A model generated the notes under the pieces. That model searched no databases. It had not been told where the DNA came from and saw only the letters and a list, made by a program, of their open reading frames with translations. The translations under genes were made by a program, and so were the position numbers. This document shows positions 35,798 to 44,276 of a DNA stretch of 64,000 nt, one piece after another. The DNA is taken from contig MGNQ01000051.1 of assembly GCA_001796865.1 (NCBI GenBank), positions 65,126-129,125 of the forward strand, given 5' to 3'. Each line of letters begins with the position of its first letter. The stretch's first letter is position 1. The DNA is from Chloroflexi bacterium RBG_16_56_11 (GTDB lineage: Bacteria; Chloroflexota; Dehalococcoidia; Dehalococcoidales; RBG-16-60-22).

Positions 35798-36643
35798 ATG
35801 AGAGCCGCGCGACTTTACGCTCAACTGGAGAGGGACTTCATCACACCGGCGTTAAGCGATGAATGGGCAAAACACATGACGCCGATAGCCGAATTCCTCA
35901 CCGAAAATTACAAAAAGCGCTCGATGGGGTTGGTTTGCGATAACTCTCCCGAAATAAGAAGGGTCTACACCGCGGTGTTTCCATCGAACGATGTTATGCA
36001 ATCTATCCTGGATAAAGGTGAGAAGGAAGTGATGCTATTCGTGCACCACCCTTCAGTCTGGGATATCACTTTGGGCGGATTCCAGCAAATGGATCGAAGC
36101 CTGCTGGAAAAATTCAAAGAATGTGAAATTTCCGTCTATAATCTCCATGTCCCCTTGGATAATTACGGGAGCTATTCTACCAGTGTGACTCTGGCGAAAG
36201 CAATGGGTCTGACAGAATTGCGGCCTTTTCTGGAATATTACGGTAGTTTAGCCGCCGTCTTCGGTAACACTGAATCGACTACAGTTCAGGAAATGTCAGA
36301 GAGGTTCACGGCTGTAATCGGTCACGGGACGAGTCTTTATCAATACGGTACAGACCGGATAAAGAACGGTATCGTTGCCGTAGCCGCCGGAGGCGGTAAC
36401 ATAGTCGAGGTACATGAAGAAATAGCCCGCGAGGGTATTAATTTATTAATCACGGGAATCACTGTTAAAAATCCCTTTACCATGAAAGCCCACGATTTCG
36501 CGAAAGAAAAGCGAATCAATATTCTGGGGGGCACCCACTATACTACAGAGAAACCCGCCTGCCAGGCTATGTGCAACTATTTCCGTAAACTTGGCTTGCC
36601 CTCCGAGTTTATCGCCGGCACGCCGGGTCTTGAGGATTTATAA
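35798..36643 (+). CDS. NIF3 (YbgI/GTP cyclohydrolase 1 type 2 homologue) family protein
   Basis: 281 aa. MLFVHHPSVWD and a C-terminal GGTHYTTEK are typical of the NIF3 dinuclear-metal family. Starts 8 nt after the patatin gene. It looks less GC-rich than herA by eye. Confidence 0.7.
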   Translation: MRAARLYAQLERDFITPALSDEWAKHMTPIAEFLTENYKKRSMGLVCDNSPEIRRVYTAVFPSNDVMQSILDKGEKEVMLFVHHPSVWDITLGGFQQMDRSLLEKFKECEISVYNLHVPLDNYGSYSTSVTLAKAMGLTELRPFLEYYGSLAAVFGNTESTTVQEMSERFTAVIGHGTSLYQYGTDRIKNGIVAVAAGGGNIVEVHEEIAREGINLLITGITVKNPFTMKAHDFAKEKRINILGGTHYTTEKPACQAMCNYFRKLGLPSEFIAGTPGLEDL

Positions 36644-36677
36644 AATAGATTCTTGTGGTTTTTTGCCATTTCCCGCC

Positions 36678-36992
36678 CTGGATTCCCGCCGGAGTTTACC
36701 CCGTTCACGGTGAATCCGTTCAGGGTGAACCCGTATTTGATACGGGGCGGGAATGACGCCCATTCTTAGAACGGGGCGTCTAAGAGGGGTTCATCCTGAA
36801 TGTTCACCCTGAAGGGTGCAGACCCCTTTTTTCTTTGTGCCCCCTTCCTTTCATAAAGGAAGGGGGCCAGGGGGATGGATTTTCGAAAAGGCCAGGGGAT
36901 GAGGCTACTGGATTCCCGCTTCCGCGGGAATGACAAACCACACATCGAGATTGCCACGTCGTCCCGACTGCATCGGGACTCCTCGCAATGTC
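36678..36992. repeat. Composite repeat cluster including the 80-bp copy B (36678-36757), family-B hairpins and a family-A terminal module
   Basis: 80 nt are identical to 31686-31765. Then come the ggggcgtctaagagggg module, the ccccttcctttcataaaggaaggggg hairpin, ctggattcccgcttccgcgggaatgac and gagattgccacgtcgtcccgactgcatcgggactcctcgcaatgtc. Confidence 0.9.
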
Positions 36993-37012
36993 AGGGGGAG
37001 CAGGGCTCTGGT

Positions 37013-37042
37013 TTGTCTAATCTTCTACCCGCAAGCTATAAT
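37013..37042 (+). promoter_or_regulatory. Candidate promoter TTGTCT-18-TATAAT, 9 nt before the plsC ATG
   Basis: TTGTCT at 37013-37018, TATAAT at 37037-37042, ATG at 37052. No Shine-Dalgarno sequence. Confidence 0.4.
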
Positions 37043-37051
37043 TACTAGCAA

Positions 37052-37702
37052 ATGCACTTTATATATTATTTCGGCAGGGGACTGATACGCACCCTGGCGG
37101 TACCCTTCGGGGGGTGGAAAACGATAGGGCGGAACACCGTCTCCGGAAAGGGGCCATTCCTTATCGTTTGCAACCACCTGCACATCGCCGACCCGCCGAT
37201 TGTCGCCGCCAGCCTGCCCCTGAAATGCGTCATCATGGCTAAAGAAGATTTATGGCAGGATAAATGGTCGCGGTTCTGGGTGAGCCACTTCGGGGCTTTC
37301 CCGGTGCGGCGGGGCGGCGTGGATAGAGAGTCCTTCCGGCAGGCGGAATACTGGCTCAAGCGCGGCGTCTCCGTTATCATGTTCCCGGAAGGGGGTAGGA
37401 GTCGGACGGGGCAGATACAGCCGGCCCTACCCGGGGCGGCACTCATCGCCGCCCACCTGGGCGTCCCGGTCCTGCCGGTGGGTATTACCGGCACCGATAA
37501 ACTGAGAAATCTAAGAAAGGCCTTTTTCCATCACCCGAAGATAACAGTCACCATAGGGGAGCCGTTTGTGCCTCAAGTTCCCGTCGGTAAACTGAACCGG
37601 GAACAGCGCAGCCAGCTGATGTTCGATATCATGAGAAGAATCGCCGCTTTACTGCCCCCGGAATACCGCGGCGTCTACGGGAAAGAAAATGCCCCGGATT
37701 GA
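37052..37702 (+). CDS. plsC: 1-acyl-sn-glycerol-3-phosphate acyltransferase
   Basis: NHLHIADP (HX4D acyltransferase motif) and FPEGGRS. Confidence 0.85.
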   Translation: MHFIYYFGRGLIRTLAVPFGGWKTIGRNTVSGKGPFLIVCNHLHIADPPIVAASLPLKCVIMAKEDLWQDKWSRFWVSHFGAFPVRRGGVDRESFRQAEYWLKRGVSVIMFPEGGRSRTGQIQPALPGAALIAAHLGVPVLPVGITGTDKLRNLRKAFFHHPKITVTIGEPFVPQVPVGKLNREQRSQLMFDIMRRIAALLPPEYRGVYGKENAPD

Positions 37703-38537
37703 AAAGGCGGGCAAGACAGGGTTCTGCTTCGGGGTGAAGCGCGCCATCAGCCTCCTGGAAAAAATCGCCCGCGAGCGGGGAGAGGTGGAAACGCTCGGGG
37801 CGGTCGTGCACAACCAGCAGGTCCTCGATAAGCTGGCCGCCATCGGCGTCAGCGTCGTCAACAGCGTCGATGACGTCAGGGGCGGGACCGTGGTCACCAG
37901 CACCCACGGCATCAGCCCGGATGTCGAGGAAAAAATCCGCGCGCGCCAGATAGAAGTCGTCAGCACCACCTGTCCGTTCGTCCGCCGGGCGCAGCTGGCC
38001 GCCCACCGCCTGGCGGAGTCCGGTTTCTTCGTGATAATCTACGGCGACAAGGACCACCCGGAGGTGAAAGGCATCCTGGGCTGGGCGGGCGGGAAAGGGC
38101 TGGCCACCACCGACGAAAAGCCCGTTGCCGCCCTCGACCCCATCCCCCGCCGCCTGGGAATCCTTTCGCAGACCACCCAGGTGCCGGGCCGCTTTACCGG
38201 GTTCGCCAAGAGTATCCTCGACCTGGCCCTCACCCAGGACGCGGAGATACGCATCATCGACACCATCTGCCACGATATCCCCGAGCGGCAGGCGGCCGCC
38301 ATTGAGCTGGCTAAACGCGCCGACCTTATGCTCGTGGTCGGGGGCAGGTCGAGCGCCAACACCAACCGCCTGGCCGAGCTGTGCTCGCGGGTGACGGAGA
38401 CCCACCTCATCGAGACGGCCGCGGAAATAAAGGCATCCTGGATAAAGGGCAAGAATCTCGTCGGGGTAACCGGCGGTGCTTCGACCTCCGAGGAGACGGT
38501 GGAGGAGGTCATGAAGAAGCTGGCGGAGATGGCCTGA
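37689..38537 (+). CDS. ispH: 4-hydroxy-3-methylbut-2-enyl diphosphate reductase
   Basis: GFCFGVKRAI, VHNQQV and TCPFV are typical LytB/IspH Cys-containing motifs. Confidence 0.9.
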   Translation: MPRIEKAGKTGFCFGVKRAISLLEKIARERGEVETLGAVVHNQQVLDKLAAIGVSVVNSVDDVRGGTVVTSTHGISPDVEEKIRARQIEVVSTTCPFVRRAQLAAHRLAESGFFVIIYGDKDHPEVKGILGWAGGKGLATTDEKPVAALDPIPRRLGILSQTTQVPGRFTGFAKSILDLALTQDAEIRIIDTICHDIPERQAAAIELAKRADLMLVVGGRSSANTNRLAELCSRVTETHLIETAAEIKASWIKGKNLVGVTGGASTSEETVEEVMKKLAEMA

Positions 38538-38547
38538 GCAGCCGGAT

Positions 38548-39543
38548 ATGAAGTCCGTGAACAGCTGGAGAGACCAGCTACGCTACGACGTCCTCCCGGC
38601 GCTCCTGAACTCCGGGAACGAGGCCATTATTTATTTCGTTAGCCGCGACCTCCTGGATGAAAAGGCCAGCCCAGCGGATTTCATCCGACAACTTCCAGAA
38701 TCGCAGAAGATAACAAAGAAACAACGCCCCGATGGTGCCTGGAAGAAACCCGGTAAAAACACAACGGTCTATCCTCCGAATTACTACCTCCTCGTGGAGA
38801 CATTTAAAAACTTCAGGATGCTTGTTAAAAGATACCAGTTCACCCGCGACCACCCGTCCGTACAAAAAGCCGCCGAAGTCCTGTTATCTTTCCAGACTGA
38901 GGACGGCGATATCCGCGGTTTTCTCGGTTCCCAGTACGCCACCTACTACACCGGCGAGATTTTATCCCTGCTCATCAAGGCGGGCTACGAGGATGACCCG
39001 CGAGTGGAAAGCGGCATGCGATGGCTCCTGTCCATGCGCCAGGACGACGGCGGCTGGACAATCCCTATCCTGACGCACCGGTACGATAAAGAGACAACGC
39101 ACCGGCTGACCTCACAATACGCCGGACCAGTCGAGCCGGACAGGACAAGGCCGTTTTCCCACAACTGGACGGACATGGTACTGCGGGCTTTCGCCGCCCA
39201 TCCGGGCTACCGGAAATCACCGGAAGCCAAAGCGGCGGGTAATCTCCTGAAATCAAGCTTCTTCCAGCCGGATAATTATTCTTCCTACCGGGCGGCCAGA
39301 TACTGGACCCGATTTGCCTTCTGGTGGCCGAATCTACTGACCGCTCTCGACTCCCTTTACTGGTTGGGATTTACGCGGGACGACCCGGACATCGGCAAGG
39401 GTCTTCAATGGTTTTTCAATAATCAGCAGCCGGACGGCCTGTGGAAACTTGAAAGCGATAAAGAAATAAAAGCCAAAGACGCCGAAGAAAGGACGTGGCT
39501 GGGGCTGGAGATATGCAGGGTGCTCAAGAGGTACGGAAGTTAA
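38548..39543 (+). CDS. Prenyltransferase/squalene-cyclase-like alpha-alpha toroid repeat protein
   Basis: Repeated QxxDGxW-type motifs (KQRPDGAWK, FQTEDGDIRG, MRQDDGGWTIP, NQQPDGLWK). Confidence 0.55.
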   Translation: MKSVNSWRDQLRYDVLPALLNSGNEAIIYFVSRDLLDEKASPADFIRQLPESQKITKKQRPDGAWKKPGKNTTVYPPNYYLLVETFKNFRMLVKRYQFTRDHPSVQKAAEVLLSFQTEDGDIRGFLGSQYATYYTGEILSLLIKAGYEDDPRVESGMRWLLSMRQDDGGWTIPILTHRYDKETTHRLTSQYAGPVEPDRTRPFSHNWTDMVLRAFAAHPGYRKSPEAKAAGNLLKSSFFQPDNYSSYRAARYWTRFAFWWPNLLTALDSLYWLGFTRDDPDIGKGLQWFFNNQQPDGLWKLESDKEIKAKDAEERTWLGLEICRVLKRYGS

Positions 39544-39561
39544 TGCCCTTTTCCCCTCGCC

Positions 39562-39591
39562 TTGACTCATCCACTCGGCACTCCTTATAAT
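39562..39591 (+). promoter_or_regulatory. Near-consensus promoter TTGACT-18-TATAAT upstream of the bcd-etf operon
   Basis: TTGACT at 39562-39567 and TATAAT at 39586-39591. A second extended -10 (TGATATAAT) lies at 39631-39639. Confidence 0.45.
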
Positions 39592-39718
39592 TTATTAAGC
39601 CTTATCTATAGACTCATCAACGCCCCGGCCTGATATAATCTACCGGAAAATATGATAAGAGGGTGAAGCTATTTTTTAATACGGTCTGCCGCCTTCTTCG
39701 CGGAGGAGGGAAAATACC

Positions 39719-40876
39719 TTGGATTACTTCTTCAATGAGCAGCAGAAGACAATAAAGGACCTGGCCCGGCGGATAGCCGAGGAAAAGGTCATCCCGGTAC
39801 GGGCGGAGCTCGACGAAAAAGAGGAGTTCCCCTGGGACATCGTCAGAGACCTGGCCGCCGCCGATATGTTCCGCGTCTTCATCCCCGAGGAATACGAGGG
39901 ACTCGGCGGAGGCTGCATGGAGCTCTGCCTGGTGGTGGAGGAGCTGAGCCGGGTGTGCAGCGGCGTGGCCGTTACTTACGCGGCCAGTGCCCTGGGCTCG
40001 ATGACCCTGATGGAGTACGGCACCGAAGAGCAGAAACGGCGTTTCCTCCCCGACATCGCCAGCGGGAAAAAGCTGGCGGCCTTCGCCATCACCGAGCCGA
40101 CCGCCGGCAGCGACGCCGGCAACATCAAGACGACGGCGGAGAAGGTGGCGGGGGGCTATCTCCTTAACGGCACCAAGCAGTTCATCACCAACGGCGGCGA
40201 GGCTGAGATATACACCGTCATCGCCCTGACGGATAAGGCCAGGGGCGCCCGCGGGGCCAGCGCCATCATCGTGGAGAAAGACACACCCGGCTTCGTCTTC
40301 GGCAAGAAGGAAAAGAAGCTGGGAATCCGCACCTCCGCTACCCGCGAGCTGGCCTTCCGCAACTGCCTCGTCCCAGAGTCGAACCTGCTGGGCCGGCCGG
40401 GACTGGGTTTCATCCAGGCCATGCGCCTCTTCGACCGCTCCCGTCCGGGCATCGGGGCGCAGGCGGTGGGGCTGGCCCAGGGGGCGCTGGAGGCCGCTAC
40501 GGACTACGCCCAGGAGCGCGTGCAGTTCAACCAGCCCCTGATAACCATGCCGGTCATCCAGCACATGCTGGCGGACATGGCGATACAGGTAGAGGCGTCA
40601 CGCGCGCTGGTCTATGCGGCCGCCAGGTACGTCGACAGCGGCGCCCGGAACGTCACCGAGGAGTCGGCCATGGCCAAGGTCTTCGCCTCGGACGCGGCCA
40701 TGAAAGTAACGGTCGATGCCGTGCAGATATGCGGCGGCGCCGGCTATATGCGGGACTATACCGTGGAGAAAATGATGCGGGACGCCAAGATACTCCAGAT
40801 ATACGAAGGCACCAACCAGATACTGCGGAACGCCATCGCCATCAGCCTGAGGAAACGCAGGGCCAGGACGGCATGA
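39719..40876 (+). CDS. Acyl-CoA dehydrogenase (butyryl-CoA dehydrogenase-like)
   Basis: 385 aa with a TTG start after GGAGGAGGG. ITEPTAGSDAG, GTKQFITNGG and the C-terminal QIYEGTNQI are classic ACAD motifs. Confidence 0.9.
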   Translation: MDYFFNEQQKTIKDLARRIAEEKVIPVRAELDEKEEFPWDIVRDLAAADMFRVFIPEEYEGLGGGCMELCLVVEELSRVCSGVAVTYAASALGSMTLMEYGTEEQKRRFLPDIASGKKLAAFAITEPTAGSDAGNIKTTAEKVAGGYLLNGTKQFITNGGEAEIYTVIALTDKARGARGASAIIVEKDTPGFVFGKKEKKLGIRTSATRELAFRNCLVPESNLLGRPGLGFIQAMRLFDRSRPGIGAQAVGLAQGALEAATDYAQERVQFNQPLITMPVIQHMLADMAIQVEASRALVYAAARYVDSGARNVTEESAMAKVFASDAAMKVTVDAVQICGGAGYMRDYTVEKMMRDAKILQIYEGTNQILRNAIAISLRKRRARTA

Positions 40877-41658
40877 ACATCGTCGCCTGCCTGAAGCAGG
40901 TGCCCGGCACCACCGAAGTCAAAATCGACCCCAAGACGAACACACTCATCCGTCAGGGCATCGAAAACATCATCAATCCCTTCGATACCTACGCCCTGGA
41001 AGAAGCAGTCCGATTGAAAGATAAACACGGCGGCAAGGTGACCGTCGTGACCATGGGGCCGCCCCAGGCGGACGCCGCCCTGCGCGAGGCCATCTCCCTC
41101 GGGGCCGACGAGGCTCTTCTACTGAGCGACCGCGCCTTTGCCGGCGCCGATACCTGGGCCACCGCCTTTACCCTTTCGCGGGCTATTGTCAAGCTGGAGA
41201 AAATCGACCTCGTCATCTGCGGCCGGCAGACCATCGATGGTGATACGGGTCAGGTCGGCCCGGAGATGGCGGAGATGCTCACCATGCCTTTCGTCGCCTA
41301 TGTCAGCCGGATAGAAGAGATAAAAGAGGCCTACCTGCGCGTGAGCCGCATGACGGAGGAAGGGCACGAGACAATCGAGGCCACGCTGCCCGCCGTCATC
41401 ACCGTCGCCAAGGAAATCAACGTGCCGCGGGTGCCTTCGCTGCGCGGCATCATGAGATCGAAGAGCGCGAAAATCCTTACCTGGGGCATCCAGGAGCTAG
41501 GTGTGGATAAAGACTCCGTGGGACTGGCCGGCTCGTCGACGCAGGTCATCAAGATATTTTTCCCGCAGCGCATCCACAAGGCCGAGATATTTTCCGGCGA
41601 CCTGGAAAAGCAGGCGGACGCGCTGATAGACCGTCTCAAGAGCGCGCGTATATGCTGA
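40873..41658 (+). CDS. etfB: Electron transfer flavoprotein beta subunit
   Basis: MNIVACLKQVPGTTEVKIDPKTNTL... is a typical EtfB N-terminus. The ATG overlaps the acd stop (ATGA). Confidence 0.9.
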   Translation: MNIVACLKQVPGTTEVKIDPKTNTLIRQGIENIINPFDTYALEEAVRLKDKHGGKVTVVTMGPPQADAALREAISLGADEALLLSDRAFAGADTWATAFTLSRAIVKLEKIDLVICGRQTIDGDTGQVGPEMAEMLTMPFVAYVSRIEEIKEAYLRVSRMTEEGHETIEATLPAVITVAKEINVPRVPSLRGIMRSKSAKILTWGIQELGVDKDSVGLAGSSTQVIKIFFPQRIHKAEIFSGDLEKQADALIDRLKSARIC

Positions 41659-41661
41659 GAT

Positions 41662-41753
41662 CCTCCTCTCCCCTTGTGGGAGAGGATTGAGGTGAGGGGA
41701 CAAATGTGAAAGAATCCCGCCCTCACCCTGCCCTCTCCCATGGAGGGAGACGG
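41662..41753. repeat. Family-B inverted arm pair with only a 20-nt spacer (cargo-less twin of 6755-7014)
   Basis: The left arm ctcctctccccttgtgggagaggattgaggtgagggg and right arm ccctcaccctgccctctcccatggagggagacgg correspond to the arms flanking the DUF559 remnant. Confidence 0.8.
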
Positions 41754-41761
41754 TAAATAAA

Positions 41762-41968
41762 ATGGGAGTCACGATTGATTTACTCAGATGCACCGGCTGC
41801 GGGGCGTGCACCTACATCTGCCCGGTCGGGGTGCTTTCCGTCGATGATATGAAGTGCCGGGTCAGCGAAGGGTGCATTTCTTGCGGTAAATGCGTGGAAC
41901 AGTGTCTCTGGCAGGCCATAGCTTTAGAAGAGAAACCGATGAAAAAGAGAAAAAAGAGAGATGAGTGA
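41762..41968 (+). CDS. 2x[4Fe-4S] ferredoxin
   Basis: 68 aa with CTGCGACTYICP and CISCGKCVEQC motifs. Confidence 0.8.
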   Translation: MGVTIDLLRCTGCGACTYICPVGVLSVDDMKCRVSEGCISCGKCVEQCLWQAIALEEKPMKKRKKRDE

Positions 41969-43148
41969 ACCGGGAATCAAGGTCAACCCCGACGAGTGCA
42001 TCGGCTGCGGCAACTGCACGTCGGCGTGCCCCTTCGGCCTGATAGAAATCGTCCGGGGCAAAGCGGTTATCAAGGAAGGCTGCACCTTCTGCGGCGCCTG
42101 CAAGGAGGCCTGCGGCTACTACGCTATCACCATCGAGACGCCGGAAAAAGCGGCGGCGCCGGAAAAGGCCAGCGGCGTCTGGGTCTTCGCCGAGCAGCGC
42201 GGGGGGGCCATCAAGGGCGTCTCTTTCGAGCTCCTCTGCCGGGGTCGCGAGCTGGCCGATAACCTGAAAACGGAGCTCGTGGCAATATGTTTCGGGAATA
42301 ATGTCCAGGGAGCAGACCGGCTCATCGCTCACGGCGCGAATAAAGTTTACCTGGTAGACAGCCCGGACCTGGCTGATAACCCGGAGGACCATCTCACCTA
42401 CAAGCTCGTCGAGATGGTCCGGGAATACCGGCCGGAGATCGTCCTGGCCGGAGCGACGGCACTGGGGCGGGCTTTCATCCCGCGGGTGGCGGCCATTTTG
42501 AATACCGGTCTTACCGCCGACTGCACCGGGCTGGACATCGACGCGGAAAAAAGGCTGCTGCTACAAACGCGCCCCACCTTCGGGGGAAACATCATGGCCA
42601 CGATTATCTGCCCGAATAAAAGGCCGCAGATGGCGACCGTCCGCCCGCGTGTCTTTAAAAAAGGAAACCCCGATAACAACCGGAAGGGACAAATCCTGAA
42701 AATCGATTTTAAAAAAGATGGCTTTACGGCCAGGACGAAACTGCTCAACTTTATCGAGGATGTCACCGAGAGGGTCAAGCTGGAAGACGCCGAAATCATC
42801 GTTTCGGGGGGGAGGGGCATGGGCAAACCTGAGAATTTCAAACTCATCGCCGAGCTGGCGGAGGCCCTGGGCGCAGCGGTGGGCGCTTCGCGGGCGGCGG
42901 TGGACGAGGGGTGGATCCCCTACAGCCACCAGGTGGGACAAACGGGCAAGACGGTCTGCCCCCGACTGTACATCGCTTGCGGCATCTCCGGGGCCATACA
43001 GCACCTGGCCGGGATGCAGACCTCGGACGTCATCGTCGCCATCAATGACGACCCCAACGCCCCTATCTTCCAGGTAGCCACCTACGGCATCGTCGGCGAC
43101 CTTTTCCAGGTTATCCCGATGCTGATTAAGAAACTGAAACAGGAATAA
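41961..43148 (+). CDS. etfA: Electron transfer flavoprotein alpha subunit with N-terminal ferredoxin domain
   Basis: N-terminal [12 protein letters not shown] / [12 protein letters not shown], then an EtfA core (..[39 protein letters not shown]). Confidence 0.88.
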   Translation: MSEPGIKVNPDECIGCGNCTSACPFGLIEIVRGKAVIKEGCTFCGACKEACGYYAITIETPEKAAAPEKASGVWVFAEQRGGAIKGVSFELLCRGRELADNLKTELVAICFGNNVQGADRLIAHGANKVYLVDSPDLADNPEDHLTYKLVEMVREYRPEIVLAGATALGRAFIPRVAAILNTGLTADCTGLDIDAEKRLLLQTRPTFGGNIMATIICPNKRPQMATVRPRVFKKGNPDNNRKGQILKIDFKKDGFTARTKLLNFIEDVTERVKLEDAEIIVSGGRGMGKPENFKLIAELAEALGAAVGASRAAVDEGWIPYSHQVGQTGKTVCPRLYIACGISGAIQHLAGMQTSDVIVAINDDPNAPIFQVATYGIVGDLFQVIPMLIKKLKQE

Positions 43149-43183
43149 AATAAAAGACAATAGAAAGAACAGGATTATTTAGC

Positions 43184-43204
43184 GAAAACCGAGTTTTCTT
43201 TTTT
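43184..43204 (+). terminator. Weak rho-independent terminator after etfA
   Basis: A gaaaac-cga-gttttc hairpin followed by TTTTTT. The stem is short and AT-rich. Confidence 0.35.
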
Positions 43205-43213
43205 AGATTATCG

Positions 43214-43576
43214 TTACTTAGGCGGTTCCCAGGGAGACATTACCTGGAAATAGTTGCCATCGGGGTCGGCAAACGTGCCAATCCAGGCGCCAGCCATTTC
43301 ATAAGGCTCCTCAATCACTTTAGCTCCCAGGTCTTTGATTCTTTTAAATTCTTTTTTTACATCTTTGATTTCAAAATTGATGATTACTCTCTGGGGTTCT
43401 TTAGCTTTACCCTTGACTTCCGAATGCTTCCCGATCATGAAATACATGTCTCCGACCTGCCACCCGGACCAACCGGCTTCAGCCCATTCGGCGGGTTTCG
43501 CAAAAACTTTAGCATAGAAGTCATTCAGAGCCTTGGGTCGGGCGGTACCAATCATAACCGAACTTACTTTCAACAT
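43214..43576 (-). CDS. VOC (glyoxalase/bleomycin-resistance) family protein
   Basis: 120 aa with a single VOC module. The C-terminal FADPDGNYFQV is typical. Confidence 0.7.
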   Translation of the reverse strand: MLKVSSVMIGTARPKALNDFYAKVFAKPAEWAEAGWSGWQVGDMYFMIGKHSEVKGKAKEPQRVIINFEIKDVKKEFKRIKDLGAKVIEEPYEMAGAWIGTFADPDGNYFQVMSPWEPPK

Positions 43577-43705
43577 TTACTAATTCCTCCTAAAATGTAA
43601 CCTTCCTGATATCCGATCCCACTTTTTTCATTTTAAGAAGCAACGAATATAATAGTTATAAAACCAGCAGCTAATTAGTTACAAAAGTATGACATTTCCA
43701 GGCGC

Positions 43706-43735
43706 TAGACACATCTTGTTCTAAAATCCTATAAT
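43706..43735 (+). promoter_or_regulatory. Promoter TAGACA-18-TATAAT, 7 nt before the hpt ATG (leaderless candidate)
   Basis: TAGACA at 43706-43711, TATAAT at 43730-43735, ATG at 43743. No Shine-Dalgarno sequence. Confidence 0.45.
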
Positions 43736-43742
43736 CCATGGT

Positions 43743-44276
43743 ATGGAACCAGATACCCGACTGAACATTCTCGTACGCAGGGGAGAAATCGAAGCCACCG
43801 TAGAGCGGCTGGCCGCGGAAATCACCCGGGACTACCGGGACAAAAATCCTATCATGATAGGAATCCTCAAAGGCTCATTCATTTTCCTGGCCGACCTGGC
43901 GCGGTTGCTCGATTTTCCGCTGGAGATAGACTTCGTCCGGCTGGCCAGCTACGGGAGCGGCCGGGAGACCTCGGGCATGGTGAAGATGTTGCAGGGCATA
44001 CGCTCCGGGGTCGCCGGCCGACACGTGCTGGTGGTCGAAGATATCGTCGATAGCGGCGTCACCGTGGCCTTTTTCCTGGAATCCCTCAAACGTAAGAAGC
44101 CGGACTCGGTGCGACTCTGCGCCCTGCTGGACAAACCATCGCGGCGGCGGGTGCCGGTAAATATAAATTATCTCGGCATGACCGTACCGGACAAGTTCCT
44201 GGTGGGTTACGGGCTGGACTACGACGAAAAATATCGGAACCTGCCGGATATATATTTCCTGGAAGAAGCAGTTTAG
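43743..44276 (+). CDS. hpt: Hypoxanthine phosphoribosyltransferase
   Basis: 177 aa. VLVVEDIVDSGVT is the PRPP-binding motif, and the C-terminal YRNLPDIY is typical of Hpt. Confidence 0.88.
   Translation: MEPDTRLNILVRRGEIEATVERLAAEITRDYRDKNPIMIGILKGSFIFLADLARLLDFPLEIDFVRLASYGSGRETSGMVKMLQGIRSGVAGRHVLVVEDIVDSGVTVAFFLESLKRKKPDSVRLCALLDKPSRRRVPVNINYLGMTVPDKFLVGYGLDYDEKYRNLPDIYFLEEAV

Noticed and set aside
31641-36992. Clusters of short palindromic repeats, considered as possible CRISPR arrays.
   Set aside because: The repeats are of several different types, with no constant repeat length or regular spacing and no unique spacers between identical units. There are no cas genes in the window. They behave as REP/MITE-like elements instead.
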